A DNA stretch of 64,000 bases, taken from the human T2T-CHM13v2.0 reference genome, Homo sapiens. Position 1 is the first letter of the stretch. Every line of letters starts with the position of its first letter. The position numbers and the translations under genes are program-made. Positions 44,205 through 57,682 of this stretch are shown here, in pieces. The notes beneath the pieces were generated by a model. That model made no database searches and was not told the origin of the DNA. It saw only the letters and a list, made by a program, of their open reading frames with translations. The stretch lies in the NCBI RefSeq assembly GCF_009914755.1, contig NC_060947.1. One strand, written 5' to 3'.

Positions 44205-45899
44205 TTTTATTTTTTTCAGCTTTTATTTTGGATTCAGCGGATACATGTACGGCTTTGTTACGTGGATACAGTGTATGATGCTGAGGCTTGGGGTACAGAT
44301 GATCCTGTTAACTAGGTAGCGAGCATAGTACTCAATCGTTAGTTTTTCAGCCCACTACCCTTTCCCTCCTTCCCCCATCCTGTAGTCCTCAATGTCCATT
44401 GTCCCCATCTTCATGTCCACATTTACTCAATGTTTAGCTCCCACATATAAGTGAGAACATGCAGTATATGGCTTTCTGTTTCTGCATTAATTCGCTTAGG
44501 ATAATGGCCTCCAGCTCCATCTACGTTGCTGCAAAGGACATGATTTATTTTTTCTTAGGCTGTGTGGTATTAATATTTCATCCTGTATATGTACCACATT
44601 TTCTTTATCCAATCAACTGTTGATGTGCACCTAGGTTGATTCCATGTCTTTGCTAATGTGAATAGTGCTGTGATGAACATATGAGTGCAAGTGTCTTATC
44701 GGTAGAATAAACTATTTTCCTTTGGGTATATACCCAGTAATGGAATTGCCAGGTTGAACGGTAGTTTTAAGTTCTTTGAGAAATTGCCAAACTACTTTCC
44801 ACTGTGGCTAAACTAATTTCCATTCCCACCAACAGTATGTAAGTGGTCCTTTTTCTCCACAGCCTTGCCAACATGTTTTTTTGTTGTTGTTTTATTTTTG
44901 TTTTTGTTTTTGTTTTTAATAATCACATTCTGACTGGTGTGAGATGGTAACTCATTGTGGTTTTGATTTGAATTTATCTCATGATTAGTGGTGATTAGTA
45001 TTTTTTTCATGTTTGTTGGGTGCATGTATATCTTCTTTTGAGAAGTGTCTGTTCATGTCCTTTGCCTATTTTTTAATTGAATTATTATTATTATTATTAT
45101 TATTTTGCTTGTTGATTTAAGTTACTTGTAGATTCTCGATATTAGACCTTGGTAAGATGCATAGTTGGTGAATATTTTCCTCCCATTCTATATGTTGTCT
45201 GTTTACTCTGTTATAGTTACTTCTGCTGTGCAGAAGCTCTTTAGTTTAATTAGGTCCAACCTGTCAATTCTTGGTTTTGTTGCAATTGCTTTTGGGGAGT
45301 TACCCATAAATTCTTTGCTAAAGCTGATGTCAAGAAGGTTATTTCCTAGGTTTTCTTCTAGGATTTTCATAGTTTGAATTCCTACATTTAAATTTTTGGT
45401 CTATCTTGAGTTAATTTTTGTACATGGTAAAAGGTAGGGGGTCAAGTTTCATTCTTCTGCATATGGCTAGCCACTTATCCCAGAACCATTTATTGATAGG
45501 GAGTCCTTTCCCTATTGCTTATTTTTGTCAACTTTGTCAAAAGTTGATCAGATGTCTGTAGTTGTGTAGATTTCTTTCTGGATTCTCTATTCTGTTCCAT
45601 TGCTCTATATGTTTGTTTTTGTACTAATACCATGCTGTTTCAGTTCCTGTAGTCTTATAGCACTTATAGTGTAGTTTGAATTTGGTTACTGTGATGCCTC
45701 CAGCTTTGTTCTTTTTGCTTTAGGACTGCTTTGGCTATTCAGACTCTTTTTTTGGTTCCATATGATTTTTAGAATAGTTTTTTTCTCTTTCTATGAAAAA
45801 TGATATTGGTAATTTTGACAAGAACAGTACTGAATCTGTAAATTGCTTAGGGAAGTATGGCCAGTTTAATGATATTGATTTGTCCTATCCATGAGCATG
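44205..45899 (-). mobile_element. L1PB/L1PA16-like 5'-truncated LINE
   Basis: Antisense 3'UTR (gatgctgaggcttggggtacagatgatcc) and ORF2 3' half. Confidence 0.88.
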
Positions 45900-46174
45900 T
45901 TCCATAGTGTTCCATAGTTTGTAAGCAACATTTAAAAAAATCCATATTGTCAAACTTTGTATTTTAATTAGAGCATTGGTCCATTTACACTTAATGCAAT
46001 TGTTCAATTACTATCTTATTTTCTATTATTTCCATGTGTCTGTGTTCCTTTTTCTGTCCTTTTTAACCTTAATTCGGAATGAAACAATTAATTATTCTCT
46101 ATATCTCTATATTTTTATCTATTAGTTTTTTAAGTATACATTATTTTACTATCATTTCACTGGTGTCTTTAAGG

Positions 46175-46881
<707 letters not shown>

Positions 46882-47724
46882 CCCTAGAATCACATGCCTC
46901 CTTGATTTCATGCTGTTTAATATAAATTAGTAGTTTAACTTCTTCCTTGATAATGTTATGACCTAATAGTAGTTTATGTCCATTTCTGTTTCAGTCCTTT
47001 GTATTGTTGTTATGCATCTTAATTCTTCCTATTTTTTTTACCACACAAGACTTTATTATTAACTTTTTGTACAGTCAATATTAACTTATATTTACTAAGA
47101 TATTAATCTTTCCATTGTTCTTCATCCTTTCCTGAATTTATATTTTTTGGTCAGTAATGCTTTCTCTACTACTTGATTGAGTTTTGGACATTATGTTTGA
47201 GAAATTACTGGACATTGTATATTAAAAATTTTAGCAATTCTGGATGATATTATTCTCCTATAGAGTGGATTCATTCTGGCCTCTGGTGAGCAGCCTGTTT
47301 AAGGACAGATTGCCTTGATCCAATCTGAGACTAAACTGATTTTTGCTTGGGTTGCAAGATTTTTTCTTTTTTCTTTTTGAGTCTCTATCTAAATTTTGTG
47401 TTAGGCCTAGAGTATAGCTTGTTAGGGATCTCAACTAAGAGCATCTGTGTTTACTAGAACCTCTCCTGTTTTGTGGAAACTCAGAACTAAGAAACTGCTT
47501 GAAAACTTGGCTCCACTGTTCGGTAGCTTTCTGCTTAGCTTATTACTTAGGCTGTTGCTTCACACAGCAGATGAATTCAGCAAATCTTCATGGTGGAAAA
47601 TAGCAGAGTGTCCAGCTCACTTTACTTTCTCTCTTCTCTCTGGGCTGAGATGTTGGTCATTAAAGTTCTGGTTCTCTTGACAGGCTCAAACTCCCTTTAT
47701 TTACTTATTTATTTGGTCCAATGA

Positions 47725-48460
47725 TTTTTTTTTTTTAAATTTTACTTTACGTTCTGGGATACATGTGCAGAATGTGAAGGTTCGTTACATAGGTATATGT
47801 GTGCCGTGGTGGTTTGCTGTACCTATCAACCATCACCTAGGTTTTAAGCCCCACGTGCATTAGCTATTTGTCCTGAAGCTGTCCCTCCCAACCACCCCAC
47901 CCCCCGACAGGCCCCAGTGTGTGTTGCTCCCCTCCCTGTGTCCATGTGTTCTCATTGTTCAGCTCCCATTTATGAGCAAGAACATGTGGTATTTGTTTTT
48001 CTGTTCCTGTGTTAGTTTGCTGAGGATGATGGCTTCCAGCTTCATCCATGGCCCTGCAAAGGACATGATCTCATTCTTTTTTATGGCTGCATAGTATTCC
48101 ATGGTGTATATGTACCACATTTTCTGTATCCACTCTATCACTGATGGGCATTTGGGTTGGTTCCATGTCTTTGCTATTGTAAGTAGTGCTGCAATAAACA
48201 TACGTGTGCATGTATCTTTATAGTAGAATGATTTATATTCCTTTGGACATATACCCAGTAATGGGATTGCTGAGTCAAATGGTATTTCTGGTTCTAGGTC
48301 CTTGAAGAAGTGCCACACTGTCTTTCACAATGGTTGAACTAATTTACATTCCCACCAACAGTGTAAAAATGTTCCTATTTCTCCAAAGCCTTGCCAGCGT
48401 TTGTTGTTTCTTGACTTTTAGTAATCGTCATTCTGACTGACGTGAGACGGTATCTCACTG
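47725..48460 (-). mobile_element. L1PA7/8-like 3' end (L1 half of the U6/L1 chimera)
   Basis: Poly-T, antisense 3'UTR and ORF2 C-terminus (ORF 47959-48318 PFDSAIPLLGICPKE...WNQPKCPS). Confidence 0.93.
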
Positions 48461-48566
48461 AAAAATATGGAACGCTCACAAATTTGCTTGTCATCGTTGT
48501 GCAGGGGACATGCTAATCTTCTCTGTATCGTTCCAATTTCAGTATATGTGCTGCCGAAGTGAGCAC
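48461..48566 (-). pseudogene. RNU6: Full-length U6 snRNA retro-pseudogene fused to L1
   Basis: Reverse complement reads GTGCTCACTTCGGCAGCACATATACTGAAATTGGAACGATACAGAGAAG...CCATATTTTT; about 7 substitutions and 1 deletion versus U6; no external U6 promoter seen. Confidence 0.97.
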
Positions 48567-48959
48567 AAACTCCATTTATTTTTCTTCTAGTCTTGTGAGT
48601 TTGCCAAAAACTCTGTTGCTTCTCTCCCTCCTATCCAGAGCGCTCTGCCTCGCTTGCCAGTCTCTCACCCTATAAGAGGCAAATGTTCTAGAGAGAAAAG
48701 CCCCTTGTAGCATGTTAGTGTACCTCTCTGTACCTCTATTTTCTGAGGTTTTGGTCTCTCAACTTCTGGTTGTCTTGGCAATTTTCAGATGCCCTCTAGT
48801 TGTCCCCTGTGCATACATAAATCTATAACAAGATAATCTACCATAGTAGGCCAGTGGAAGTCTGGATATCAACCAGGCCGGCTCCTTAGGATGAGCTCAT
48901 CATTTCTGCTCCTTCACCTCAGGCCGAAGTAGGGTCCAGTAATTTTAAGACGAGGTTAT

Positions 48960-49195
48960 TACAAGCTTAGACACTAAGAACTGATGGAGTTTCGTTCCTG
49001 GCTACTTTGTTTACCAGCTTTGTGTATCTGTGAAGATCATTTATTTTTTCTAAGCCTTAGTTTCCTCATCTGTAACATGGAGCTGATCATAGAAGCTATC
49101 TAGAAGGTTTGTGAGAATGAAATAAAATAATCCACAAATACATTACAGTGCTTGGCAAGTAGTATGTGTTAGATAAATACTAACTACTATTAGTA
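48960..49195 (+). mobile_element. MIR
   Basis: ctaagccttagtttcctcatctgtaacatgg...gtgagaatgaaataaaataa. Confidence 0.8.
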
Positions 49196-50869
49196 CCTGT
49201 AGATTTTATGTAAGCACAATGATTACAAGGGATATTCAATATAACAAATTAAATGTAAATTACTTATATTCCTTTACAATGAATATTATTAAATAGATAA
49301 AAGCTGAGTTCGAATAAGTGAAGGATAGTTTTAGTGGATTTATGTAATGTATTTTAATTTGTTTTGTTGCCTCAGTTTCATCACCTATAGATAATCTACC
49401 AATTACATCCTTGGCCCCAGAACGTAATAATGCTTAGGTGAGCTGTATATATTAACACCCTCATCTCAAACTGTAGTTTTATGTTAAAAGTTTATGTAGT
49501 TAATTATAAACAAATAATCAAACTCCTTCCCTTCTCCTTCCACATGTCCCAAATAACGTTTCAATGTTATTTTTTTGCTTGGTTAAAAGAACAATTGGCT
49601 ATGGTGAGAGTGGAGGGGGTTTTCTGAACGTAGAATATGTGCTATAATTCGGGTTGTCCTCTGTCCCATCCCATCTGGAATCTTGCCTGAGTCTTAGCCT
49701 GAAGCACTGTAATGACACTGAGTAAAAGCCAAAAGGGCTGTTTCATTCCAATCTCTTAGGTGGATGAGGATGCTTTACATCAGCAGTGGTGGTGCCAGCC
49801 ACTCCTGCAGAGACAGTAGGAGGCAGTAGACTGTGCCAGTGGTTTCAGTAGCAACAGACGAAGCCAGTGCCCTTGTTGCAGATATTAGCTCCCTCCAAAA
49901 TGAATAGTGGCAGACTTGATGCTAATATGGGTAAACACTGGAACTTGAAGCAGTGCTTCTGGCAGGCATCAGCATCAATTGCCCCTTTGGTGGGATTGTG
50001 ACTTTCTGGCATTAGTGTTTGTAGGATACCTGGTCAAAGAGACAGGAGTAGAAAGAGAGTTGGGGAAAGGGGGATAGTGAATGCCACAGCATAGCTAAAG
50101 AACACATGGGAAATTCTCCCTGTGGACCCGCAGAGCTATTTGGAAGATGTGTGAAGGGGGTTGGAATTTCTACACAGTAGGTAGAGGCAGAGCCATGCTT
50201 TGTGACTGTCATTGTAATATGTCATTATCCCTCGACTAGAGTACCTTGGGAAACACAGAGCTTAAGAATAATAATAGTGGTAATAATAATACAGGAGCTA
50301 CTACAGTTTTCCAAACACATCAACAAAATATAGAGAACTGCCATGCATGCTAATGTTCACCATTCATTTAGCTCCCAGGCTCCAAAGGAAACAGGTAAGT
50401 ATATTAGATGTAACATTAAAGAAATATGATTTTTTTAAGGACAATCAACCAGAAACTGGAACAGCCTCATGGGAATGTTTAATTATGGGCATAACCCCTA
50501 TGGTAGTTGTTTTTGGATGCAGATTAAAAACCATTTAAGAATGTATCTCATTGTTTTAAGATCATGGCTCAGTTTCGGACCAAAATGGTGTTGTTACACT
50601 GCTTGTTTACCTACCTTTCTACACTTTGGGTTTCTGTAAGGCAAAATCAACAAATGATAACATTTGATGTTGCCAAACCTGAATTTTACCCTCAAAGAGT
50701 AAATAAATTTAAAAATATGCATCATAAGCTCTGAAGAATTTCTCAAAAAGGAGTACTAGGGAGGTAATTTGACCAGTACAATTCTCCGTTATATAAGAAA
50801 GTCTTTTGTAGTTATTGCTTAAAAAACCCTCAGGCAAATTGATTTCTTATAGCTCATATCTTTTCAAAT

Positions 50870-51555
50870 ACCACATCAATTCACTAAGTGTCTGTTGAAG
50901 TCTTACTTTGTGCGAGATAGTAATGAAATAATCAGAGAAATGGATTTAGAATTGCAACTGTAACAAGTCCTGGGAAGAGAGCTACATAGCACCATGAAAA
51001 CATATCTTTGTCTGAGAGGTCATGAAAGGCTTGTTGGGGGAAGTCACACTTAAATTCAGAAATGAAAGATGAGATCAGGTGCCTTATCTTAAGAATTATT
51101 AGTCTTAAGCCCATTTACAGGCATATGGCTCACACCTGTAATCCCAGCATTCTGTAAGGCTGAGGCAGAAGGATCACTTGAGCCCAGGAGTTTGAGATCA
51201 GCCTTGACAATGTAGAGAGACCCTGTCTCTACTAAAAATAAAAAAAAATTACCAGGCATAGGGGCTCACACATGTGGTCCCACTATATGGGAAGTTGAGG
51301 CGGGAGGATTGCTTAAGCCCAAGAAATCAAGGCTGCAGTGAGCCATGATTTTGTCACTGTTCTCTAGCCTGGGGTAACAGAGTGAGACCCTGTCTCAAAA
51401 AAATAATAATAATTGGAGAATGAGAATGAGTTAACTAGGTGAGGGAGGGTGGCACTGAATGAGGCAGAGGAGATAGCATGTGGAAAAGTCCTGTGGTTAG
51501 AGGGAGCATCACATATTTAAGGACCTGAAAGAAAGTCAGTGTGGCTGGAGCCACA
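50870..51555 (-). mobile_element. L2 interrupted by AluJ
   Basis: Antisense L2 3' region on both sides of the Alu (gaaagaaagtcagtgtggctggagc). Confidence 0.65.
51117..51412 (+). mobile_element. AluJ
   Basis: ggatcacttgagcccaggagtttgag; aggctgcagtgagccatgat; A-tail. Confidence 0.88.
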
Positions 51556-51799
51556 TTCTTTTCATTATTACCCGAAGTCATTTTCTCATAAGGTAAAATA
51601 GAGTAAGAACATTTTTAGATTTCAGATTTCATAGCGATCCCTGGCATCAGAATCACAATGATCTTTTCCCAATACTCATTTCTTCTCACCTGCTGAATCA
51701 ATTGAATTTGTATATTTCTTTAGTTTTCATTGTGGTTTATGATTCCTTTAATCTGCCCTATTTATCCAGTACTTCACCCTGATTGGCTTAATTTACTTC

Positions 51800-53330
51800 T
51801 TTCCATAGGGAACCATTTTAAAGTGCTTTGCTAATCCCTATAATTTACTTTTTACCCTTTTGGGTTTATCCCATACTTCTTTGCTGACCTCCAAACCTAA
51901 GTAGCCATCATCTTACTCTGTTCTCACTCCAGGATTCCAAGGTTGTTTAAAAATCATGCTATCATGATTTAATGACAATTTATACTGCCCTCAGCAGGGT
52001 CCTCAATACCACTCAGTTATCTCTTAACTAATATTTTATTGCATCCTCAGGATTTATTGTAAGCTTTTCCATTGAAAACAATACCCACTATAACTCCACT
52101 ATCCTCACTCATATTAGATGATCATACCTTCTATTTTTCGCAAAAGATTGAGGCAATCTGATGTAAAATTTTTCAGTATATCTCTTTCATGATCCCATTG
52201 CTTCTTTACATTTCCTCTATTAACAACTATTTTAGGTCTTTAAATCTCCTCTTTCCCACCCAACTCAAAAGAAAAATGAGCCCCTTTCTTTCCAAAGTTA
52301 GTTCCTCTATCTTTACCCTTATTCACTCTTACTTCCTTTAGGATCATGCTCCTCTCTCTCTGGAATGTTCAATTTCTTCATCTGTATTGGTGTCTTCTTC
52401 TTTATGTATAGTTCTAATCAATGATTGCTCATCCTAAAACAACATCAAATAAAGCAAAACAAAACGCTGATAAGGCATTACTAGTCCCTGAAGCTGCCAC
52501 CCATCTTCTTATACAATAATGCCAATAACAACAATCATTTCTGATAAGAGCTCCTGATGCTGAGCTAAGTGCTTTAAACATTGCTTCATTTCAGCCTCAC
52601 CAACACCTCCTGTGGAGTGGAGTGTTTTTGTCCCATTTTACAGATGAGGAAACTGAGGTTTTGGTTTAATATTTGTTCTACTTCCTAGTAGTCTATTTAT
52701 TCCTCAGCTTCTTCTAATCTTAATTCTACTCTACCCATTCTAATGAAGCAGCTTTGTCAATGATTTACTAATTTCAAATTCAACAGGCTTATCCAGTTAT
52801 CAATTTCACTGCTGCATTTGCTTTTTATTTGATGCTGTCTACTGAGACCTTTGATGTGGGCATTCCTGTGGGCATTCCTGAGGGCTTTGTCTTTGGTCCT
52901 TTTCTCTTCTTACACTTTCACAGTTATTAATTAATGTCACTGATCTAAGTGATTATAACCTGTATGTCTCTATCCTAGACCTCTCTTTTGAGCTCTAGCT
53001 CCATGTATTCCATTATCTAGTAGACATTTCTACCTACATATACCACAGATACCACAAACACAAACAAGTCAAAACTAAACAAACCTCTCCTCTTCAACTT
53101 CCCCTTCTTTATCCAAAAAAGTCTCTCCTCCTTTTGATTTCCTTTGGGCCAGTCTCCTAGTTTGCCTCTCCACCTCTAGGTGTACTTGCCCAGGGACACA
53201 GGTGTGAGAAGAACCTTCTTAAAGCTTATCTCTGATTATTTCACCCCTCCTGTTTAAAATCCTTTCATGTATTTGCATTCCAATCCAAACAAACTAAAAC
53301 TCCTTATGTGTTCCAGGACATTCACAATTT
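51800..53330 (+). mobile_element. Decayed L2 body with nested MIR (~52530-52660, minus)
   Basis: Pyrimidine-rich L2 motifs (ctagacctctcttttgagctctag; ctagtagacatttctacc); MIR cccattttacagatgaggaaactgagg. Confidence 0.6.
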
Positions 53331-53359
53331 GTCTATTTTACATTGTTTATACTCTCAGT

Positions 53360-53531
53360 TCCTGGTTTTCAAACCTGAATTTATATAAGAGCCAACTGAG
53401 ATCTTATAAAATATTGATATTTGGGGTTCACCACAAACCAAATAAATTGGAGTCTCTGGGTTGGGATTGGCACCTGTAGTTTCAAACACTTTTCAGGTGA
53501 TTCTAATGTGTAGCTGGGCTTGAGGACTTCT
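53360..53531. mobile_element. MER5-family MITE
   Basis: ggttttcaaac...caggtgattctaatgtgtagctgggcttgaggac. Confidence 0.65.
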
Positions 53532-53639
53532 CTAAGCCAACTGCACTATGTTTTTTTTCTGCATTTGGCCCATGCCTCTTGTTTCTCTACACTTGCTTAT
53601 ACTTTCTCTTTGACAGATACCCTCTGTGGCCACAGTCAA

Positions 53640-54050
53640 CATTTTTTGAGGTATAATTAACAGAGTAACATGAAAACATTTTAAGTGTTCAGTTTGACAA
53701 ATTTTAAAAATTATTTACACCCATATAACCACCACACAAAATAAGACCATTTTATCCCTGCAGGAATTTCACTTGTGCCCTTTTCCAATTGGTTTTCCTC
53801 CCTCCCAGCAACCACTTTTGGGCTTCTAACAATAAAGATTTTGCCTGTTCTTATACTTCATAAAATTGCAACCATATTGTGTGTACTATTCTTTGTTTGA
53901 TTTCTTTCAGTAAAATGCCTGAGATGTATCTTTGTTATTGTACATACAGCAGTTGATTATTTCTGAGTAGTATTCAATTGTGTGAATATACCACAGTTTT
54001 TGTATTCATTTTTTGATTGAAGGACAACATTAGGCTGTTTTGATACATTC
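53640..54050 (-). mobile_element. L1M 3' end fragment
   Basis: ttttttgaggtataatt...ttttgcctgttcttatacttcata. Confidence 0.7.
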
Positions 54051-54266
54051 ACTATTTGAAGCTGTATAAATTCCTCAAGGCCCACTCCAAATGCTAATTT
54101 TGTCATGAAGTCTTTTCTCATTTCCCAGTTATAAGTGATCTCTCTTTACCGTGACCTCCCATAGCATTTTGTGCCTGTCCCAGACAGTGCAGAATGTATA
54201 AGAATCAGATAGAGCTGTGTTTAAAATATGTCTCTATCACAAACTGGCTGATCATATATAACTCAG

Positions 54267-55264
54267 TGTATTTTTTTTTTTTTTTTTTACTGCTACAGTA
54301 ACACATTGCTACAAATTTACTGACTTAAAAATAACACTAATTTATAATCTTACAGTTCTGGAGGTCACAAGTCTGACACGAGTCTTGCTGGGCTAAAATC
54401 AAGGTGTCAGGAGGGCTGCATTCCTTTTTGTATGCTCTGTGGAAGTATATGTTCCCTTTCCTTTTTCAGCTCTTAGAGACTGTCCATTTTTCTTGGCTTG
54501 GACTCTCCTTTCTTTTCTCACATTGTATCACTCTGAACTTTTTCTCTGCCTCCCTCTTCCACTTTTGAAAACAATTGATTATTATTGCATATACTTGTGG
54601 GGTACAATGTGATGTTTATATACATACATTGTGGAATGATAAATCAAGCTAATTAATATATCATTGCCTCACATGCTGATCATTTTTTTGTGGTGAGAAC
54701 ATTGAAAAATCACTCTTTTAGAAATTTTCAAGTACACAGTACAGTATTGTTGACTGTAGTCACCATACTGTACAATAGAGCACCAGAATGTATTCCTCCT
54801 AACTGAAACTTTGTACTCTCTGATTAACTCTAGCCATTTCTTCCCTGCCCCACTGCCCCAAATCCATGATAACTACCATTCTACTCTCTGCATTGTTTGA
54901 CTTTTTTAGATTCCACATGTAAGTGAGATTATGCAGTATTTGTCTTTCTGTACCCGGCTTATTTCACTCAGTATTATGTCCTCCAGGTTCATCTATGTTG
55001 TCACAAAAGACAGGATTTCCTTCTTTGTTAAGTTGAATAGTATTCTATTGTGTACATGTATCACTTTTTTTATCCATTCATCCATTGATGAACATTTAGC
55101 TTGTGATTACATTAGGCCCGTTTATATAATCCAGGACTGGCAACCTTAATTCCCTCTGTAATCCTTAATAGCCCTTTGCGACGTAACATATCATATTCAC
55201 AGGTACCAGAGGTTAAAATGCAGATGGATATCTTTGGGAAGGTAGCATTATTCTGTCTACCATA
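54267..55264 (-). mobile_element. MLT1D-like MaLR solo LTR, inside a MIR and carrying an L1MA fragment (~54570-55100)
   Basis: cttacagttctggaggtc...gggctaaaatcaaggtgtcag; ggcaaccttaattcc...attattctgtctacca; TSD (c/t)tcag. Confidence 0.82.
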
Positions 55265-55404
55265 TTCAGTTAAATCCTGGGTTTGTTTCCTTATCTAGAA
55301 AATGAGATGAATGCTGCCTACTTTATAGGATTGTAGTGAGGATAAAATTAAATCAGCTAACATATGTAAATTGCCTAGCACAGTTCTTGGAAAAACACAG
55401 CAGT

Positions 55405-55860
55405 GTTATTGATTGAACAAATATTTGAGACCCTACTTTGAGCTAGGCACTACTGTTTGTGCAGGTAATGCAATAATAAAACAGACCAAATATCTGCTTT
55501 ATGTAGTTGACATTTTAGTTGGCTGAGACAGGTAATAGCCAATTAAATAGCAAATATATAGAATTTTAGAAAGTGAAGTGATGTGAAGAAAAATAAAGCA
55601 GAGTACAGGGATAGAAAGAGATAGATGTTATTTTATATCAGAGGATCATAGACAGCCTCTCTGATAAGGTGATATTTGAACAAAGTCCTAAAGTAGGTGA
55701 GGCAGTGAGCCACAGTGATATCTGGATATCTGAAGAGTGAATGTTATAGGCAAAGGGAACAGCAAGTACAAAGATCCAGAAGTGGAGCAGGTCATCCCAG
55801 TGGGCTGTATTGGGGTCCTGAAGGAGGTGAAAGGTAGGAGGTGAGGACAAAGAAATAGTG
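55405..55860 (-). mobile_element. L2
   Basis: gaacaaatatttgag...ctaggcact; ctctgataaggtgatatttgaaca; ggcaaagggaacagcaagtacaaag. Confidence 0.8.
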
Positions 55861-56647
55861 GAAATTATTATGATTATTCTATTGTCTTCTGCCTTACCAC
55901 TTTGTAGGGTGCTTTGAGGGCATGAACTTTATCTTTTTTGTGATGAGAACTGTAAAAATTTACTCTCAGCAATATTGAAATGTAACAATATTCAGTTATA
56001 AAGTATATTCAGCACGTTATCAATCTTTAAAATAAAATCAAACATTCCTGTCTTTTTGGTGTTGCATGCCTCTCAGCTTAGCACAATGCCCAACACATGG
56101 TAACTGTTCAAGGTAACTTTGTTATATGGACTGTTATTATACATACTACCTACATAAGTCATGTTTAAATAAGTCACTTGGTTCTCCTATTCCTTTATTA
56201 ACCTTAATTATGTTTAGTCATATATCATAGAAAGAAAATGTTCTCCCACCCAGCTGTATAACCCACTACTCTCCATTTTGGTGAATGACTTTGCATAGGA
56301 AAAACCACCTTTTCTTTCCACTTGTAGATTCCTGGAGGTTGTCTGAGCCTGAATGACTGAGTATATTTAAATTTCTTGCCAAAGAGTAGCCTCAGGCTGT
56401 GTTAGTTGCTTTACCTATTTATTCAAAGGGTCCCAGATGAAGACAGAATATTTATTAATCAGTTTTGTCTGTGCCTCAGAGTCACATGCTCCAGCCCTTT
56501 GCATTATTTCATTAGTTATCTTGTTCTCTGCATAACATTTTCAGAAATTTCTAGGAAGCCGGGAGCATTTTCAGAATTTTCTGGGCAGACTTGGAAGTAT
56601 TGGAAATTTTAACTTTACATCAGCCCTGCCAGAACTTGTCTATAGCT

Positions 56648-56794
56648 AGAGTTGTCAGTCAAAACACAAGATACCTTGTTAAATGTGAATTTAGTATAAA
56701 TAAAAATAATTTCTAATGTAAACATACCCCGAATATTATATTCAACATATTTATACTAACAAGAGTTTATTTGAAAATTTACCTGACAACGTTA
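56648..56794. mobile_element. MER53-like palindromic MITE
   Basis: tagagttgtcag...gttaaatgtgaattt...cctgacaacgtta; inverted-repeat structure. Confidence 0.6.
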
Positions 56795-56929
56795 TCTGTA
56801 AATTGAATTCCTGAAACTTCTGCATCTACCTTGGGACTACTATAACTGTGACTACTTCAGATCTAGTCCTAGAATTGCCCATATTTACTATTTCCATGTT
56901 TTCTAATTCATACTCTTATCAACTAACTC

Positions 56930-57682
56930 GTCAGGCTTTGTTGCTACCATAAACTGAAGTTAGTCTGGTTAATATTCTCAATGACTTCCACAGTGCAAAG
57001 TCCATTGATTCATTCTCAGCCCTCAGAAGCGTTTGCTCAGTTGATCACTCCTTTCTCCTTGTTGCACTATATTCCCTTGGTTATATAACACCACCCCCTC
57101 CTGGTTTTATTTCTATATAGTAGGTTGCTCCATGTTCATTTCCTTTGCTGGCTCCTTCTCATCTATCCTACCTGTCAACATTGAAGGGATACCATATTTC
57201 TCAGCAGCTCAGTCCTCATATCTCTGATCTCTGTTCTCACTCTCCTGTTGATCTTATCCTCTATCACAGTTTTAAATTTCATTTATATGTTAATGAAATG
57301 TTGACAACTTCAAATTTATATCTTTATCCCAGACTTCTCCACAGAGCTCCAAATTCACATGTACAATGCCTACTCAAAACCTCCACTTGAATGTATAATA
57401 GGCATCTCAAAGTAAACACATCAAAAATGAAACTCCTGTTCGTCTACCTTGCCTCACATAGCCCCACTCCTCCCACAGTTTTTGCCATCTCAATTACTGG
57501 GGAGCTCCATCTTTCTAGTCTTTAAGCTTTGGCTCATTTATTTCACTCTTATTTCACAACTAATACCTTATAAATCACATGGACATTTTCCTTAAGATTT
57601 ATCCAGATTCTGACTACTTCTCACTGTCTCCACTGTTACCTTCTTGGTCCACCAGCTGTTGGCTAAATTATTATAATAGCTT
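56930..57682 (+). mobile_element. L2a-like body, ending abruptly at THE1
   Basis: cagttgatcactcctttctcc; ctccacttgaatgtataataggcatctcaaa; tctgactacttctcact. Confidence 0.8.

Noticed and set aside
47959-48318. ORF2p-like peptides (also 7375, 43236, 62528) and an ORF1p-like peptide (29157)
   Set aside because: Fragments of truncated, dead L1 copies; not intact coding genes.
48461-48566. Functional U6 snRNA gene
   Set aside because: It has multiple substitutions, is fused to L1, is flanked by TSDs and has no visible upstream PSE/TATA; it is a retrocopy.
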